From: a virus
Lineage: Duplodnaviria; Caudoviricetes
DNA length: 63,132 nucleotides
Strand: one strand, 5' to 3'
Virus record (IMG/VR): IMGVR_UViG_3300027759_000092
Span: 1 to 63,132 of that record
In this document: positions 62,107 to 63,132 of the stretch, one piece after another
How the letters are laid out: every line of letters starts with the position of its first letter
Position numbering within the stretch: position 1 is the stretch's first letter
Notes under the pieces: model-generated
Told to the model about the DNA's origin: nothing
The model's database searches: none
Seen by the model: only the letters and a program-made list of their open reading frames with translations
Program-made: the position numbers and the translations under genes

Positions 62107-62928
62107 TTATAGACCGAAGACGAGAGCCATAGCCACTGCTTGACCGCGAGTAGCACCAGTTGCGGGAGCCGCTTGCCAAGTTGGTAACGCTCCTGCGCCA
62201 TTACTTGTCAAAAGATAGCCTGATGTTCCGGGGCCAGCCGAAGCTTGAAAGTTACCAGTAGAAGTTGTGCCCGTAAACACCACGCTATAAGCAGTGGTTG
62301 TAGAAAGACCTGTACCGCCTTGGTCAACGCCAAGAGTTCCAGTAGACACCAAATTTTTACTTGCGTCTGTAAAAACAGGCTTGCTGGCTGTAAGCCCAGA
62401 ATCAAGGATGTTTCCAACAGTCAGTTTAGTGCCATCAAACGTCATGTTTGCAGAAGCACCAAATGCACCAGAACTATTGAACTGAACCTGCGTATTGGAG
62501 CCAGCCGCAGAGCCACCGCCCACATTAACAAAGTTAGTGCCGTCCCAAGCCACGATAGCCCGTGTACCAGCCGCTACAGTAACGCCTGTACCAGTCACAC
62601 CTTGAATGGTAATTGACTGGGTGCTGGATGTTTTGTTAATCACCACATAAGTTTTAGACTGTGCGGGGACTGTGATTGTGCGGGTAACTGTACCGCCAGC
62701 AGTCCATAGGATCACTGCGTACTGAGAGCTATTGGCTGTCAGACCTGTACTTGCGTATGTGCCTTCGGTAACAGTCAGCGTAATATCTGCATCAGCAGAA
62801 ATAGTCTGTGTACCAGCCACCGCAACGTCAATAATCTGCGAGATGGCGTTGTTGATTGTGTCACCCCACTGACCAGACAGTGTGCCTGTGGCCGGGAGGG
62901 TTAGACCTATAAGGGATGTCTTTGCCAT
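62107..62928 (-). CDS. proximal tail fibre protein
   Basis: WGDTIN, GSNTQVQFN, GGTG, LTSNG...PTW, AMALVFG fibre motifs. Confidence 0.7.
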   Translation of the reverse strand: MAKTSLIGLTLPATGTLSGQWGDTINNAISQIIDVAVAGTQTISADADITLTVTEGTYASTGLTANSSQYAVILWTAGGTVTRTITVPAQSKTYVVINKTSSTQSITIQGVTGTGVTVAAGTRAIVAWDGTNFVNVGGGSAAGSNTQVQFNSSGAFGASANMTFDGTKLTVGNILDSGLTASKPVFTDASKNLVSTGTLGVDQGGTGLSTTTAYSVVFTGTTSTGNFQASAGPGTSGYLLTSNGAGALPTWQAAPATGATRGQAVAMALVFGL

Positions 62929-62937
62929 TTATTGCTC

Positions 62938-63132
62938 CTACTGAGTAGAAATTACTGCCCAACCGGGTGATTCTGTATTGTTAACAGCAGTCCAGCCCGG
63001 TGTTTGCGGATTGCTGATATTTTGCCAGTTTGCGACCTCTGTGTCATCTATTACTTCCCACAAATTACGCCCGCTGTTTGTGTCTGTAATAACCATCGTA
63101 TCCGAGGTACTTACATTGTACGCAGTAGCCGC
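62938..63132 (-). CDS. 3' end of a virion protein entering from the window end
   Basis: Own translation AATAYNVSTSDTMVITD...WEVIDD...WQNISN...WTAVNN...WAVISTQ*; continues the repeat style of 1-796. Confidence 0.75.
   Translation of the reverse strand, partial: AATAYNVSTSDTMVITDTNSGRNLWEVIDDTEVANWQNISNPQTPGWTAVNNTESPGWAVISTQ

Noticed and set aside
1-63132. Prophage/integration module or stop-codon reassignment
   Set aside because: No integrase, att-like context or host genes seen; long genes are intact under the standard code with high coding density.

Overview
This window looks like an almost complete ~63 kb tailed dsDNA phage genome with podovirus-like morphogenesis genes. The host is probably proteobacterial, inferred from an RpoA-CTD-like gene, sigma70-type promoters and DnaA boxes. 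The two window ends fall inside what appears to be one gene. Minus strand 1-18060 and 35867-63132 carry packaging, head, tail, ejection, lysis and glycine-rich fibre genes. Plus strand 18730-25608 is an early operon (degenerate SprT-like protein, MoxR/CobS-type AAA+ ATPase, zincin, vWA). Minus strand 25791-30551 carries a Twinkle/T7 gp4-like primase-helicase, an HNH-like protein and RusA. Plus strand 30571-35889 carries a PD-(D/E)XK nuclease, Sak, SSB, an RHH protein and the alpha-CTD protein. I found no integrase, DNA polymerase, tRNA or CRISPR array. The most notable signals are: (1) a 3549-aa polyvalent protein built of effector cassettes separated by a [KR]-x-S-[LF] motif, with two out-of-frame nested ORFs that have their own ribosome-binding sites (candidate antidotes); (2) the palindrome GTTTAAAC about 54 times by hand count versus about 1 expected; (3) six perfect DnaA boxes in 150 bp; (4) short peptide tags shared among unrelated virion-module proteins; (5) TonB-box-like repeats in a candidate ejection protein; (6) several candidate structured RNAs. 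All family assignments come from motif recognition by eye, not from database searches.
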